Source: Escherichia phage vB_EcoM-BECP11. Taken from it: a DNA stretch of 64,000 bases. The notes under the pieces were generated by a model that saw only the letters and a program-made list of their open reading frames with translations, was not told where the DNA came from and did not search any database. Of the stretch, positions 1 through 17,477 are shown one piece after another. A program made the translations under genes and the position numbers. Numbering within the stretch: position 1 is the stretch's first letter; each line of letters opens with the position of its first letter. The stretch lies in the sequence record MW286157.1; one strand, given 5' to 3'.

Positions 1-215
1 TCATTAATATAGTCTTTTACCGCTTTTTCTAATATACGTTTTGGATAAAGACGTTTATTTCTATTGACGACTTCTGCTTGCATGAATATTCCTTCGATGT
101 ATAAACCAGGTTTTAAACCTAAGTCTTTCCCATCATGGGATTCAAGCATTGGCACACCATCAATAATTTCGCCAGGTTGACCCCAAGTTTCAATTAGCAA
201 TTGGGGTTCATTCAT
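1..215 (-). CDS. 21: prohead core scaffold protein and protease gp21, N-terminal part; gene continues beyond window start
   Basis: Minus-strand frame from ATG at 213-215 translates MNEPQLLIE..., the T4 gp21 N-terminus; start overlaps gene 68 stop by one base. Confidence 0.75.
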   Translation of the reverse strand, partial: MNEPQLLIETWGQPGEIIDGVPMLESHDGKDLGLKPGLYIEGIFMQAEVVNRNKRLYPKRILEKAVKDYIN

Positions 216-640
216 TAGCTTAATCCTAATGCTTTACGGCGTTTAAGAGCTTTTTTACGCTTACGCTGAGCACGAGATTGACCTGCTGGATTGGCAATCT
301 TCGTTTTGGTAGCTTTACGAGCAATTTGTCTACGTTTTGCTTTAGACAACCCGGTAGTTTGAAATGCATTACGTTCGCGGGTTTTGCGATCTTTAGTGCG
401 AGTAATTTCACCACGGGCAGAAACATGTTTAACGATAAATTCATTTAACGGCATATTTTCATTAATAGAAGCTAATGCAACCGCTAAATCAGTTTCATCA
501 TCAAGCATATTCTCGATAATTTTATTTATATCGTCTTTATTTAAAGCAGAAGACAACTCGTCAAAGCGACCCTGTGCTTCAGGAATAAGTGCTTCGACAT
601 TCTCGAGAACTAATTCATGAGTTTCAGGGATTAGAATCAT
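215..640 (-). CDS. 68: prohead core protein gp68
   Basis: 141 aa ORF, same length and position as T4 gene 68 between 67 and 21. Confidence 0.85.
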   Translation of the reverse strand: MILIPETHELVLENVEALIPEAQGRFDELSSALNKDDINKIIENMLDDETDLAVALASINENMPLNEFIVKHVSARGEITRTKDRKTRERNAFQTTGLSKAKRRQIARKATKTKIANPAGQSRAQRKRKKALKRRKALGLS

Positions 641-875
641 TATTCATCATCCTCGTCTTCATCAGAGTCTTTGTCTTTTTTGTCGTCTTTACCATCATCG
701 CTATCTTCGTCGTCATCCTCGTCATCAGGTTCTTCACCCTCGATTAAGAAATTACGAGCGATAGTGATTTTTTCTTCTTTGATTAAATCAGTCGTTCTTG
801 CAGCCATGGCTTCAGCAAATAATTTACGAGCGGCTACGAGGTCGTTTGATTTAATAGCTTCAATTAAACCTTCCA

Positions 876-876
<1 letters not shown>
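640..876 (-). CDS. 67: prohead core protein gp67 (acidic C-terminus)
   Basis: 78 aa ORF with poly-Asp/Glu tail, between 20 and 68 as in T4. Confidence 0.8.
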
Positions 877-2501
<1,625 letters not shown>

Positions 2502-2533
2502 TTAAGCAGGATGGGGATTTCTCCCCATTCATT

Positions 2534-3025
2534 TTATTCCCAATAATCGAGAGCAAGAGTTACTTCAAATGTTTGGATTTCATTGTTTGAATCCCAATCT
2601 AATTGAAGTTCACCCACGTTAGTAGGCCATAGACCTTTAATTTCAATTTCTTTTGTTACTGTTTTAGCATCACGAGCATATTGGCGAACAATAGCGCTCT
2701 TTTTATACTCTGCAGGTTTTCCACCAGTAATTTCGTTTCCTTGACCAGCAGCAATGCTTTGCCAATCAACAAACTTCTGACGAGCATCATGAGCTTCATC
2801 ATTCATCACTGTAACAGTCCAATCATCGAATGTACGGTCTCCTGCTACATTAATTTTACGGTTCATAAATCCGACTGGAATTTTTTCTACAATACCAGCT
2901 GGTAAAGCAGTAGCTTTACATTGGAACGTAAAATTTTGTCCAAGATAAGAAATTTCTACTTGGAATAAGTTAGGTCGAGCAAAATCACCAGATTCAAACG
3001 CTCGTGTTACATCATCTACAAACAT
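2534..3025 (-). CDS. 19: tail tube protein gp19
   Basis: 163 aa ORF, T4 gp19 length and synteny. Confidence 0.95.
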   Translation of the reverse strand: MFVDDVTRAFESGDFARPNLFQVEISYLGQNFTFQCKATALPAGIVEKIPVGFMNRKINVAGDRTFDDWTVTVMNDEAHDARQKFVDWQSIAAGQGNEITGGKPAEYKKSAIVRQYARDAKTVTKEIEIKGLWPTNVGELQLDWDSNNEIQTFEVTLALDYWE

Positions 3026-3039
3026 ATTAGCCTCTGTAG

Positions 3040-3047
3040 TATTTATA
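3040..3047 (-). promoter_or_regulatory. late promoter TATAAATA for gene 19
   Basis: Exact TATAAATA on minus strand 15 nt upstream of gene 19 ATG. Confidence 0.6.
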
Positions 3048-3098
3048 TCCCTATGTTTAACCTAGGGCATATAGAATTAAAGAATTAAGGATATAGTG

Positions 3099-3106
3099 TA
3101 TTTATA
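3099..3106 (-). promoter_or_regulatory. second late promoter motif upstream of gene 19
   Basis: Exact TATAAATA on minus strand in the 18-19 intergenic region. Confidence 0.5.
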
Positions 3107-3107
3107 T

Positions 3108-3125
3108 GGCCTGCCGAAACAGGCC
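3108..3125 (-). terminator. hairpin GGCCTG-CCGAAA-CAGGCC downstream of gene 18 (weak terminator or RNA-stability element)
   Basis: Perfect 6 bp inverted repeat right after gene 18 stop; no clean U tract. Confidence 0.35.
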
Positions 3126-3141
3126 TTTAGAATGCACCGTA

Positions 3142-5121
3142 TTAACCTGCAAGACCAGTTAACTCATCGAAATCTGCACCAGTAGCAGTTGCTACGAAGT
3201 TTAAGGTAATGTAGTTAATGCTTCTAGCCGGTTGAATGTAGAATGTTGCAACAAACTCATTTCTATCAATTACTGACGGAGTGTTATTTGTTGTATCGCA
3301 AACTACACGATATTCATAAATTCCGCCAAGAGCTTTAATTCCTTGCAAGTACTGAGCAGTTTCTGTACGGAATGAAGAACGAGTAAACGCGTTGTTTAAT
3401 TCGAACAAACGATATTTTGAACTACGTCCGATATTCGTTTTCAACATATTAAACAGACGACGAACGTTAATACGATCAAATGGAGAAGGAACAGAAGTAG
3501 CTGTTTTATCACCATACAATACGTAACCATCACCACCTGTACCAGTTACTGGGTTGATAGCTTCTTGATATAAGCGGTCACGTTGTGCCTGGCGAGTTTC
3601 AATAGCAAGTTTAATAACGTTAAGAATCTGGCCACGATTATAACCAGCTGGTGACATCCAAGTCTGAGATACGTTATCAGTTCTTGCGCATAAACCAGCA
3701 ATATCAGCTGCTAATGGAACCCAACGATTCACATCATTATATTTGTCATACTGATATTTGTAGTTGCCATCGATTGCTGCATAGGTTGAACTGATATTAA
3801 AGTTATTATCAGTGTATGAACCTGCTGCAGTTCTCCAGTTAACTAAATTATCTACTGCACGAGTTACAGGAATTCCAACTACAGTTTCACGTGGTGGTGA
3901 GCACAATACTAAGCAATCTTGGCGAGCATCCCCAATTGAAACGACGTGTTTTTGGACAGTAGATGCTGTTTCTAGAGATTCACCGGCACAAGAACCCGCA
4001 ATAAACAGTTGAACGTCAACAGATTCACGGTCAGCAAAGAAGTCCCAAGCTTCCATCAAATCTCCTGCTGTTACTTCAGCATTTGATGATAATCCACCAG
4101 ACAGAGTTAAAATTCCAGAGAAGCCTTCTGGCCAGTTTTGTGCAGTTGCAAAAATATATTCTGAGCCGCCTTTTGCGAAAAAGTCATCGATATAGATGTT
4201 ACTATCGTAAATATCTTTTTCACCACGCTTAGTTGAAAGAACAACGCTTTGAACAATAGCATCATTACGACGAACTATAATAGCGTACTGTGAATCGGTT
4301 TGTGGTCCATATCCAAACACTGCTTTAGCAGTAGATGCGCGAGTACCACCGCCAGGATAAATTGGGAGTAATGCAGAAGCGCCTTTCGCATAGTCAGCTT
4401 TAGATACGATTTCAATTTCAATTTTATCGCCTAATTCGCCTGGATAGAGAGCTACTACTCCTGGAATTCCATATTTTTCAAGATTTTCCTGAAAATTAAC
4501 TGCTGTCATAGCAGTTTCAGCGCTCTCGATTTCAGCTAATAAAATACCGGAATCAGTAATAATTTTTCCAAGAGTTATTACTGCAGCTAAACCGGAAGAA
4601 GATGAAGAAATTTCTGCAGTCCAGTTAGAACCTAATGTTGGGTATTCGCCAACTTCTTTAGCTTTAGCGATAATTTTTGCAGTAGGAATATTAATTTTCT
4701 TAATTTTTCCATCTGCGTCTACTTCAGTAATTTTACCTTCAGTTTCAATATCATCTGAAACATATTTGACCGTGATTTTATCTCCAACTGCATAGTTACT
4801 ACCTGGGGTAGAAATTGTGTATTCAATATTACCAGCAATTGGCGATGAGTTTTTAGCGGTATCTCTATCAACAGCACGAACTACTCGTAAGTCATTTCCG
4901 TACTGCAAGAAATTCATCGCAGACATAAAATAGTCAGCAGTTTCAGCGGTTGGTTGACCAAAAGTATTAACTAAATCTACTTCATTTGTAACCTGTTTAA
5001 TCTGAAAAGCAGGACCCCACTGGAATTTACCGGCCAAAGCTGCTGTACCAGTAGAGTTATTAACCACGGTGCTTTGAACCGTAGTTTCTTTGAGCTCAAT
5101 GCCCGGAGATAATAAAGTCAT
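3142..5121 (-). CDS. 18: tail sheath protein gp18
   Basis: 659 aa ORF, T4 gp18 length and synteny. Confidence 0.95.
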   Translation of the reverse strand: MTLLSPGIELKETTVQSTVVNNSTGTAALAGKFQWGPAFQIKQVTNEVDLVNTFGQPTAETADYFMSAMNFLQYGNDLRVVRAVDRDTAKNSSPIAGNIEYTISTPGSNYAVGDKITVKYVSDDIETEGKITEVDADGKIKKINIPTAKIIAKAKEVGEYPTLGSNWTAEISSSSSGLAAVITLGKIITDSGILLAEIESAETAMTAVNFQENLEKYGIPGVVALYPGELGDKIEIEIVSKADYAKGASALLPIYPGGGTRASTAKAVFGYGPQTDSQYAIIVRRNDAIVQSVVLSTKRGEKDIYDSNIYIDDFFAKGGSEYIFATAQNWPEGFSGILTLSGGLSSNAEVTAGDLMEAWDFFADRESVDVQLFIAGSCAGESLETASTVQKHVVSIGDARQDCLVLCSPPRETVVGIPVTRAVDNLVNWRTAAGSYTDNNFNISSTYAAIDGNYKYQYDKYNDVNRWVPLAADIAGLCARTDNVSQTWMSPAGYNRGQILNVIKLAIETRQAQRDRLYQEAINPVTGTGGDGYVLYGDKTATSVPSPFDRINVRRLFNMLKTNIGRSSKYRLFELNNAFTRSSFRTETAQYLQGIKALGGIYEYRVVCDTTNNTPSVIDRNEFVATFYIQPARSINYITLNFVATATGADFDELTGLAG

Positions 5122-5149
5122 TTTTAATCCTCTTTAATATGCTTTAATA

Positions 5150-8290
<3,141 letters not shown>

Positions 8291-8331
8291 GATTTCTCCT
8301 AATCTGGGCTTTAATTAGTTTATAATATTTA

Positions 8332-10033
<1,702 letters not shown>

Positions 10034-10039
10034 TTAAAA

Positions 10040-10060
10040 TCCTTTAGGGCCTTGCGGCCC
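10040..10060 (-). terminator. hairpin GGGCC-TTGC-GGCCC between wac and 13
   Basis: 5 bp GC stem directly after wac stop, followed on the minus strand by a short A/U-rich stretch. Confidence 0.4.
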
Positions 10061-10064
10061 CATG

Positions 10065-11522
10065 TTATGCTGGTGATAAAAAGGTAGAAAGCAATACCCA
10101 TTCGCCGTCTTTACGAACGTAAGCTTGACCATCTTTTGGAGCTTCAGGAATATAACCAGCTTCTTGTAAAGTCTGGACATCCCTCTGTAATGAGGACACA
10201 TTACCTTTAATACTACGAATCTCTTGATTAATTGAAGAAATGTTAGTCTCATTAGCTTTTATTGAATTAGTCAATCCGCGTTCTTCGACAGTTGAACCAT
10301 TCGGATTTGTTCCATTTACTAATTTATTTAGTGTTACAACTTGCCCTTTAATTCCGGAATTGTTATTACCAATTTCAACCTGTAAGTTTTGAACATCATT
10401 GTTAAGTCTATTAACAGAGGTTTCAACAGTTGAAACTCTATTTAAAAGAGACCCCGGAGGAGAAGGTTGACCTCCGCTAGAATCAGTTCCAACTATCTGA
10501 TTTAGCCATGAAACGTTAGCTCTTAAACCGGACGAGGTGTTTTCACCTACAATTCCATTTAAAGATTCAATAGAAGTGGTATTATCTTTAATTTGACCTT
10601 TAATACTAGAAGGAATATCATCTGAACCAATCGATGTTTCAATAACAGTTAATCGCTGTTTAACGCCGCCACTTTTATTTAGTTCATCATTTAAAGCTGA
10701 AATTTCTTGACTATTGACATTGACATCTGTGATTATTGAAGTATTTCCTGGATATCCAATAGAAGTTTTGATAGATTTAATTTCGGAACTAAGATTAATC
10801 TGCGATTGATCTAAATTATGCATACGTGAATATATGCTTTCACTAAATGAAGATGGTCTTTGTCCAAGTTCTTGTCTAAGATTTCCAACTTCAATTGTCA
10901 GTGAACCTACATCAGATTCAATAAATTTTTCTTCCAAATCACTTAGACGTATTCCTTGGGAAGTTATAGCATCTGTATTATTAATGATACGGTGCTTCAT
11001 ACCCGTGCTGCTATTTCCTACAACAGGAAGACCATTAATATCTTGTCCAGCATATTGCCCTAATTCTCTTTTAATCCATAACAAATCATTTCGAACTGTT
11101 CTATAAACTGAATTTGCGTGTTCATTAAATGGACCTATATCAGAAAGAATGCGGTCAACAGTGGCATTTGTACCATTTAATATATCAGTGTGTTCATTCG
11201 TAAGCGTCTTTAAATTTGATATGTCATTTTTATTAACGCTAATCTGTGATAGTGCTTCGATATCTCCAGATACATCCAAAATGCCTTGAATTGTTTTAAT
11301 ATCTTCCTGTGATGTTTCAACGGCAGTTTTAAGAATTCCTATATTTTCATCAAGAACCTCAACATTTTTAAATACGGACACAGTTGGTCTATTCATTGAT
11401 CCATCGTTTCCATACTTAGTACTAGCTCCTAGTATTTCTTCACCATTTTTAATCCATGAAATACGCTCCTGACCTTCGTCAGGAACGCTATCAACAAAAG
11501 GTAAATCTTTTAATTCAATCAT
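10065..11522 (-). CDS. wac: fibritin (whisker antigen control)
   Basis: 485 aa coiled-coil protein ending in the foldon sequence [27 protein letters not shown]. Confidence 0.9.
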   Translation of the reverse strand: MIELKDLPFVDSVPDEGQERISWIKNGEEILGASTKYGNDGSMNRPTVSVFKNVEVLDENIGILKTAVETSQEDIKTIQGILDVSGDIEALSQISVNKNDISNLKTLTNEHTDILNGTNATVDRILSDIGPFNEHANSVYRTVRNDLLWIKRELGQYAGQDINGLPVVGNSSTGMKHRIINNTDAITSQGIRLSDLEEKFIESDVGSLTIEVGNLRQELGQRPSSFSESIYSRMHNLDQSQINLSSEIKSIKTSIGYPGNTSIITDVNVNSQEISALNDELNKSGGVKQRLTVIETSIGSDDIPSSIKGQIKDNTTSIESLNGIVGENTSSGLRANVSWLNQIVGTDSSGGQPSPPGSLLNRVSTVETSVNRLNNDVQNLQVEIGNNNSGIKGQVVTLNKLVNGTNPNGSTVEERGLTNSIKANETNISSINQEIRSIKGNVSSLQRDVQTLQEAGYIPEAPKDGQAYVRKDGEWVLLSTFLSPA

Positions 11523-11531
11523 TTGTAATCC

Positions 11532-13082
11532 TTAGTAATGAATTTTAATAATATAGTTTAATGATATATTCCATGGTCTAGTTTCATAACCAATTAATCC
11601 TTCACGATTAAGTGTACCAAGGGCATCTCTCGGTCCACCTAATTCAAATCCATCATTAGTGAAGTATGAAGCATTATCCCAGTCGGCATATTTTCTAGTT
11701 CCAAGATATCCTTGATAAACGGACGCGCCAAATGGAGCTTCATGTCTTTGGTATTCTCCCCAACCACCAGCATGTTTATGGTATGACATCTGTTGTGCTT
11801 GAACACCGCCAACATGCATTCCGTCACATCCTACACCAAGTCTATCCTTCCCGTAACCATCTTGCCCTCGTTGATTTAAAATATGACCGCCCGTGCCAGC
11901 TCCTCTGACGAAAAGACCTCGCATATCAGGAATGCCAGGGTTATTCCAATCACCACCAAATCTTGTTCCAACCGTGTTTCTATAATCAGGATATTGATCT
12001 CCTGACACGGTTCCGCCGTGGCACATAATCCAACCAGGAGGAGCTGAATCTCCAGCAAACATCATAATAGTTCCAACTGGAACCCTTTCGGACGCATATC
12101 TTTCAGTGGCAACAGGTTGATCGCCATTTTTCCACATTCCGCCGCGCGACCAAATTCCATTTGCTGTTAAATGATCTAAATTTAAAGAACCATTAATAGT
12201 TTGTCCACCGCGAGTATTAATTACATCTGCGTTCCATGCTAATGCTCCAGAGCTATCACCTTCAGGGGCAATACCGGCTTGCGTCGTTAATTTTACTACC
12301 CCACGCATAGAACCGGTAGCTCCTCGACCATTTAATGTTTCACCTGTTACTGCAACATCTCCCAAATTACTGTTAATTTCTGATTGTGTTCCTAAACGTA
12401 TAACACCCTTATATTCTTGTGTTGCAACAGAATTCATAAAGGTATACGGAGAAATTGCATATCCTTCGCGGAGAGTTCCTTGACGAGTTTGAGCGACAGT
12501 TGATAACTGAACTACACCTCTAACAGATTCTGATGCTGTGTCTTCTGAAGGAGCTATTTGCGAAATTAATTTTATTGCGAGTTTTTGGGTTTTCAACGGA
12601 GTCATCGCCGTAGTATCATCAACTCCAGCCAAAGCCGCAGGAGTAGATGATATTTTAATAACTCCATTTGATGATTCAGATGAATACCTATTTTGGAATA
12701 CATCGTCAGTATGGTATTTCAGTTTTTGTGGCGTTATTGATGAATTATTATCTGAGCCTTCTAAAGTTTCTTCATTTGTTGAATAGCGTGTTAATCCATA
12801 TTTAGTTTCAGTAGCATTTGGATACAATAATCTTGTTGCTAATGTAGCTGGTGTAACGATTTTAGAATTATTAGTTCCATCTAAAACCTCTTGCTCCGAT
12901 GCAATCATTGCTATTCCTTTAACTTCCATAGTTGCATCAGGAATACCATTTACGCCGATATTACTTATTTTTGATAATGCTGACTGCACTGTCGTGACAG
13001 TGTCAGGAAAATTCGATCCTACAGGATCGAATTTAACGTATTTTGATTCATTTGATACGTGCTGATATGTATTGTTACTCAT
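11532..13082 (-). CDS. 12: short tail fibre gp12
   Basis: 516 aa beginning [13 protein letters not shown] as in T4 gp12 (527 aa there). Confidence 0.9.
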   Translation of the reverse strand: MSNNTYQHVSNESKYVKFDPVGSNFPDTVTTVQSALSKISNIGVNGIPDATMEVKGIAMIASEQEVLDGTNNSKIVTPATLATRLLYPNATETKYGLTRYSTNEETLEGSDNNSSITPQKLKYHTDDVFQNRYSSESSNGVIKISSTPAALAGVDDTTAMTPLKTQKLAIKLISQIAPSEDTASESVRGVVQLSTVAQTRQGTLREGYAISPYTFMNSVATQEYKGVIRLGTQSEINSNLGDVAVTGETLNGRGATGSMRGVVKLTTQAGIAPEGDSSGALAWNADVINTRGGQTINGSLNLDHLTANGIWSRGGMWKNGDQPVATERYASERVPVGTIMMFAGDSAPPGWIMCHGGTVSGDQYPDYRNTVGTRFGGDWNNPGIPDMRGLFVRGAGTGGHILNQRGQDGYGKDRLGVGCDGMHVGGVQAQQMSYHKHAGGWGEYQRHEAPFGASVYQGYLGTRKYADWDNASYFTNDGFELGGPRDALGTLNREGLIGYETRPWNISLNYIIKIHY

Positions 13083-13738
13083 GCTATTCTCTCAAAATAA
13101 TAAAATACTGTAGGTTGGGTGTGACTATCTAGCGTAACAGTTTGCGCACCTAATAATTGCCAAGTTCCATACCCAGGTTTAGAAGGAGAAATTATTTCCT
13201 GTTTGAAAGTAATTCCTTTATCAGAGTATTGTTCTAAGATATGTTCTTGGTTATCTAAATACTTAACTTGTATTTTATTTCCTATGGTAGGATGGTCTTC
13301 AAATGAATCAATTGCAATAAATTTTGCAACCATTTCCTGCAGAGCTGTTCTAACGGCACTGGTAAATTCGATTGAAGTCATTCCATTAGTAGCTTTAACA
13401 GGAATGCCAAACATATTAACAATAACTGGGTCACCTGGTTTGGCTGAAGTATCAGTAACAGTTCCTTCAAATGACCAATAGTCTGTTTGCTGCACGCCGG
13501 TAGGAGATACGCCACTTATATTAACTAATACAGCTCCAACCTGTTGCTCTGCCATATTTCTAACATCATTGATAGCAGATTCTACATTTGGGTCATAAAA
13601 ACCTTTTGCTATTTGTGAAATTGTTACAGCACCTACCGGCTGATTATTCATAACCGAAATATCATTTTTCTTAGTTCTAAAACCAAGAAAATCTGCTAAG
13701 CGGGAAATAACTCCCGCTTTATTATTAAGTAAACTCAT
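13079..13738 (-). CDS. 11: baseplate wedge and short-tail-fibre connector gp11
   Basis: 219 aa from ATG at 13736-13738 (MSLLNNKAG...), overlaps gene 10 stop; track ORF extends 6 codons upstream. Confidence 0.85.
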   Translation of the reverse strand: MSLLNNKAGVISRLADFLGFRTKKNDISVMNNQPVGAVTISQIAKGFYDPNVESAINDVRNMAEQQVGAVLVNISGVSPTGVQQTDYWSFEGTVTDTSAKPGDPVIVNMFGIPVKATNGMTSIEFTSAVRTALQEMVAKFIAIDSFEDHPTIGNKIQVKYLDNQEHILEQYSDKGITFKQEIISPSKPGYGTWQLLGAQTVTLDSHTQPTVFYYFERIA

Positions 13739-15543
13739 TATGCAATCCTTATCCAACGGTATACAGTAATAGACGGTTGAATATTACTAATATTAGCAGG
13801 AGGAGTATGTGAAGAGTTTGTTGTTGCGTAGTCTTCACGATATTTTGTATATATAGGACCAGTTTCATCTGGGTCATATTGGCAACCTCCAATAATAACT
13901 GATCCGTTTTCATCTTCAATTAAAACTTTTTCATCAGTTTTAGTCGCAGGAAGATTTGCGTTCTCAAGTGTCACAGATGTTGTTCCAACTGTTCCACCGG
14001 CAGTATGTGAAGGATTTCCGCTAGAATCTAAATCATTATTGTTTAAAGCAAAGTTTGGATCCGTAACATCATCATTCCATCCTACTAAAACTTGTCCTTT
14101 ACCAAATAATTTCCATGAACCAAATCCCATATAAGTCACCGGATTATTTGGGTTTATAGCATTTTCATAAATTGAACCTACAGGATAAATGCTATCGAAA
14201 ATAGATGATATTGAATTATACGTTCTAGTATAAGAATCAACTTTTTCAACATTTGGCCAACCGATTTTATCAAAATCTGTTAAGGCTACATCACCAGTAA
14301 CTTCGGTAGATGATCCTTTGCTAACATAACGGTCATCAGTCAATTCAATGATGTCATCTTTTTCTAAAAGAGTTCCTAAATCATTATTGAACCACGTTAT
14401 AACGATTATATCGCCTGATTCAAATTTTCTATCAAATAAAAGACTGGTAGGTTTTCCATCTTCATATTCTATAGAATAATCTGTGTTTGATTCTTTCCAT
14501 TCACCACCAAGAGATATACATCCTTCTTGCGTATCTGAACTAGCGCCTTCACACAAAAACAGAGGATATCCAGCTGTTCCAGCTTGTTGTTGTAAAATTC
14601 CATTAAAACGAACTTCAAGAGAATTAGGATTAATAGGTTCTCCTGGAATTAATCCAAATGCGGAAAATGGAATTGATTTCATCGTCGATAAATCAGTAAC
14701 GTAAATACTTCCTTCTAAAGAAGTCTTTGATGTTAGTTTTGAATCCAGTACTTTTATTTGGCGTCTTGTATATGAACTTCTCCATTGTGATACACCATCC
14801 ATAAATGTTTCAATTTGAACAGTGTCACCAATATTACAAGGCTGTCTTAATCGAATATTAAATCCATCAAGAGGAACTAATTCGCCTTCATTTTCTCCAG
14901 GAGAACCAAAGTCGCTATTTTCGCTAAAAACATCGCCGTAATACAATTCATTACCGCGGTGTTTTACTCTGATGTTATTAACATTATAACTAGTTCCACG
15001 GAAAATATCTAAAAAGTCTGTTTGTCCTTGAACTTCGACTAAAAATTCTTTACGAGCTACATTGCTAATGTCTGAACTAATAATTTTGTCAATTTGTTTA
15101 TTTTTGACATATTCCCAACGGCCCGGAGCGCAATAAACTAGCTCTAAATCACTAAATTGAACGTTAATTTCAACCGATGACGATGATCCTTTGATAGTAT
15201 CACCAGAAGCGGCTACTAAAGTAACTGGATTAACATTCCATGTTGCAAATACATCCCTAGCTCTAATTACTTTATTATAATCATTAACAGTTCCTTTAGG
15301 AAGTTGCAGTGTTACTCTTCCAGACGAAGTATTAATAGCGTATGATTTTCCCCATTCAGCTTTTAATGTTTGCCCAGATGAAGCATTATAAGTTTTCCAA
15401 GCACCGGCTGAATATGGAACATTACCATCACCGAGTTCATAATAAAGCTCATCAAAGTTTTCATTTATTTTTATACCACCTTTACGCAGGTAGTCACCGG
15501 TACCATCATCTACAACATTACCGATATTAATATTTTGTTTCAT
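13738..15543 (-). CDS. 10: baseplate wedge protein gp10
   Basis: 601 aa, T4 length and synteny. Confidence 0.9.
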   Translation of the reverse strand: MKQNINIGNVVDDGTGDYLRKGGIKINENFDELYYELGDGNVPYSAGAWKTYNASSGQTLKAEWGKSYAINTSSGRVTLQLPKGTVNDYNKVIRARDVFATWNVNPVTLVAASGDTIKGSSSSVEINVQFSDLELVYCAPGRWEYVKNKQIDKIISSDISNVARKEFLVEVQGQTDFLDIFRGTSYNVNNIRVKHRGNELYYGDVFSENSDFGSPGENEGELVPLDGFNIRLRQPCNIGDTVQIETFMDGVSQWRSSYTRRQIKVLDSKLTSKTSLEGSIYVTDLSTMKSIPFSAFGLIPGEPINPNSLEVRFNGILQQQAGTAGYPLFLCEGASSDTQEGCISLGGEWKESNTDYSIEYEDGKPTSLLFDRKFESGDIIVITWFNNDLGTLLEKDDIIELTDDRYVSKGSSTEVTGDVALTDFDKIGWPNVEKVDSYTRTYNSISSIFDSIYPVGSIYENAINPNNPVTYMGFGSWKLFGKGQVLVGWNDDVTDPNFALNNNDLDSSGNPSHTAGGTVGTTSVTLENANLPATKTDEKVLIEDENGSVIIGGCQYDPDETGPIYTKYREDYATTNSSHTPPANISNIQPSITVYRWIRIA

Positions 15544-16409
15544 TATTGAGCCACCCCGATTTTCTGCGTAGCGATAACTTTAACTGCTGCTCTCATACCG
15601 ACAGTTGAAGAACTTATAGTCGCCGTTACATAATTTTCTTTAACACTAAATGCAATATTAGCGATTTCGTCTTCTTCGGTTTCATTCCCAACTCGCATGA
15701 CAGCATATTCAGAAGAAATGACCTCTGAATTAACAGTATCCACAAGAATATTTATTTCTGCTGTTTTAATTTTTCTTCCATCTATCGATTGGCATGTAAC
15801 TAGCAATTTAGCCATATTGTATTCAGTGCGATGAAATAGTGGAATGTCAACTGATCCAGATGTAGAAATATTCCATGTACCTTCAGCTGGTGATTCCTTT
15901 TGCCCAAACATACTTTCAATAGAATAATTCCAAACCGACGTAGAATTATCAGATGAAATACAACGTAAAGTAACTTTACTATATGGACTAGTTACTACTA
16001 AATTACCTGAAACGCCTTTAATTGAATCAATAGCTTGAATCGTTAAAGGATTAGTAACTGATATTGATCCATTCGAGTTAATAAATTCAACGCAGTCGCC
16101 AAGTTCGCCTCTTTCAATGATAACTTTAACACCTACGGTAGAAGTATCAATATCATGTCTAGTGCCAACTTTTACTGGAGTTGCGTACTCCGCGATAGAG
16201 TGTTTTTGATAATATCCAGTAGCATGGATAATTTGACCATCAGCTCCAGTGCCATTTGCTACTGCCATTTTACGTTGATCGCCAAACGCGTTATAAATTG
16301 CGTTAAAATCACTATTAATTTTATTACCACCGTCGAATAAGATATCACCAGTAGAAGCGTTACCAATTTCGCCGGTATCAATCAATTTCTTTGGTTCTTG
16401 AATGAACAT
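15543..16409 (-). CDS. 9: baseplate wedge, long-tail-fibre socket gp9
   Basis: 288 aa, T4 length and synteny. Confidence 0.9.
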   Translation of the reverse strand: MFIQEPKKLIDTGEIGNASTGDILFDGGNKINSDFNAIYNAFGDQRKMAVANGTGADGQIIHATGYYQKHSIAEYATPVKVGTRHDIDTSTVGVKVIIERGELGDCVEFINSNGSISVTNPLTIQAIDSIKGVSGNLVVTSPYSKVTLRCISSDNSTSVWNYSIESMFGQKESPAEGTWNISTSGSVDIPLFHRTEYNMAKLLVTCQSIDGRKIKTAEINILVDTVNSEVISSEYAVMRVGNETEEDEIANIAFSVKENYVTATISSSTVGMRAAVKVIATQKIGVAQ

Positions 16410-16433
16410 AGCGGTTTCCTTATGAGTTTATAG

Positions 16434-16441
16434 TATTTATA
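16434..16441 (-). promoter_or_regulatory. late promoter TATAAATA for gene 9
   Basis: Exact TATAAATA on minus strand 25 nt upstream of gene 9 ATG. Confidence 0.6.
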
Positions 16442-16467
16442 AAGAAAAAGGGAGCCCATGGGCTCCC
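16441..16467 (-). terminator. intrinsic terminator after gene 8
   Basis: GGGAGCC-CATG-GGCTCCC hairpin followed on minus strand by UUUUUCUUU, immediately after gene 8 stop. Confidence 0.7.
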
Positions 16468-16472
16468 TTAAT

Positions 16473-17477
16473 TTAAAATGTAAACAGAATATTGATTTCT
16501 TCTGTCTGATCCATTGCCATAATAATAGGTGGCCTATTTTCCATATAAATCATTTCACCCGAATGCCTCATTAAATCTTCAGGATCATAATAATCCTTTT
16601 CAGCTTTAACGTTTGGATCATTTGGATGAACTTTAGCTTCAAGAGGATTTGTAATTATCGATATTTGTCTAAATCCTTTATTTCCCGGCAATGCAGCTTC
16701 AGGAAAATAAACTGAATCTAAATATGCTTTAAAACGAATTGTATTAGCTTTAACACGATAAATTAACCCAAAATCATCTTGCTGCCAAGTGAGATTATCT
16801 TCATACCCCCATCTAGTCGGGTCTTCTTTTAATTCCTCAGGCCAAGGAACTACAATATACTCATTCGTGCATCTATTTATAGATACATCAGGCGGAATCT
16901 CAAAAAGATATTCCCATACATATCCATCGCCGGGTTCAATTGTTCCTTCAGCATCTCCTCGGCCTTCAGGCGGAGTCATTGACCTAGCAGAAGGAGTCCA
17001 TTTTCCACCTAATTTGAGGCATTCATCCTTATCAGTTAAAGATGCGATTGAACACATTCCAGTATCAGGAACATCTAAACAACGATATACTAACCAGCCT
17101 GCGCCTGATTCAGTAGCATTGTAAGGAGCTGAGTTACACACTACAATATCATTAATTCTAAATGTGTATGGATCCGGATATCTAGTATCTCCCCAATCTC
17201 GACGAGGAATAACTGCATCAAGCATTGATGGAAGAACTTTTACTGTTCCCATCATATGCGTCCACATGTCAGTTACACCTAATACAGAATCGGTAGGATA
17301 AGGTGGGGCAAAGCCCACCTCATTTTCATTTGATGACCACGGTTCTGATCTTCCAAATGTGATAAAGATAGTGTTTTTATCCGGACCACTTCCAATTGAA
17401 TTATAAAAATTCAACATTTTTTCTGTTCTAAATTTTGAAGTAACTATCGCACGATAGATAACACTTGAATCATTCAT
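16473..17477 (-). CDS. 8: baseplate wedge protein gp8
   Basis: 334 aa, T4 length and synteny. Confidence 0.9.
   Translation of the reverse strand: MNDSSVIYRAIVTSKFRTEKMLNFYNSIGSGPDKNTIFITFGRSEPWSSNENEVGFAPPYPTDSVLGVTDMWTHMMGTVKVLPSMLDAVIPRRDWGDTRYPDPYTFRINDIVVCNSAPYNATESGAGWLVYRCLDVPDTGMCSIASLTDKDECLKLGGKWTPSARSMTPPEGRGDAEGTIEPGDGYVWEYLFEIPPDVSINRCTNEYIVVPWPEELKEDPTRWGYEDNLTWQQDDFGLIYRVKANTIRFKAYLDSVYFPEAALPGNKGFRQISIITNPLEAKVHPNDPNVKAEKDYYDPEDLMRHSGEMIYMENRPPIIMAMDQTEEINILFTF

Noticed and set aside
10034-10252. Minus-strand 72 aa ORF between gene 13 and wac
   Set aside because: Lies in the short intergenic hairpin region and overlaps the 3' end of wac in another frame; no independent support.
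16789-17124. Antisense ORFs inside large structural genes (e.g. 16789-17124 +, 10834-11106 +, 12538-12786 +)
   Set aside because: Embedded opposite to long, confidently identified genes in an AT-rich genome where such frames arise by chance.
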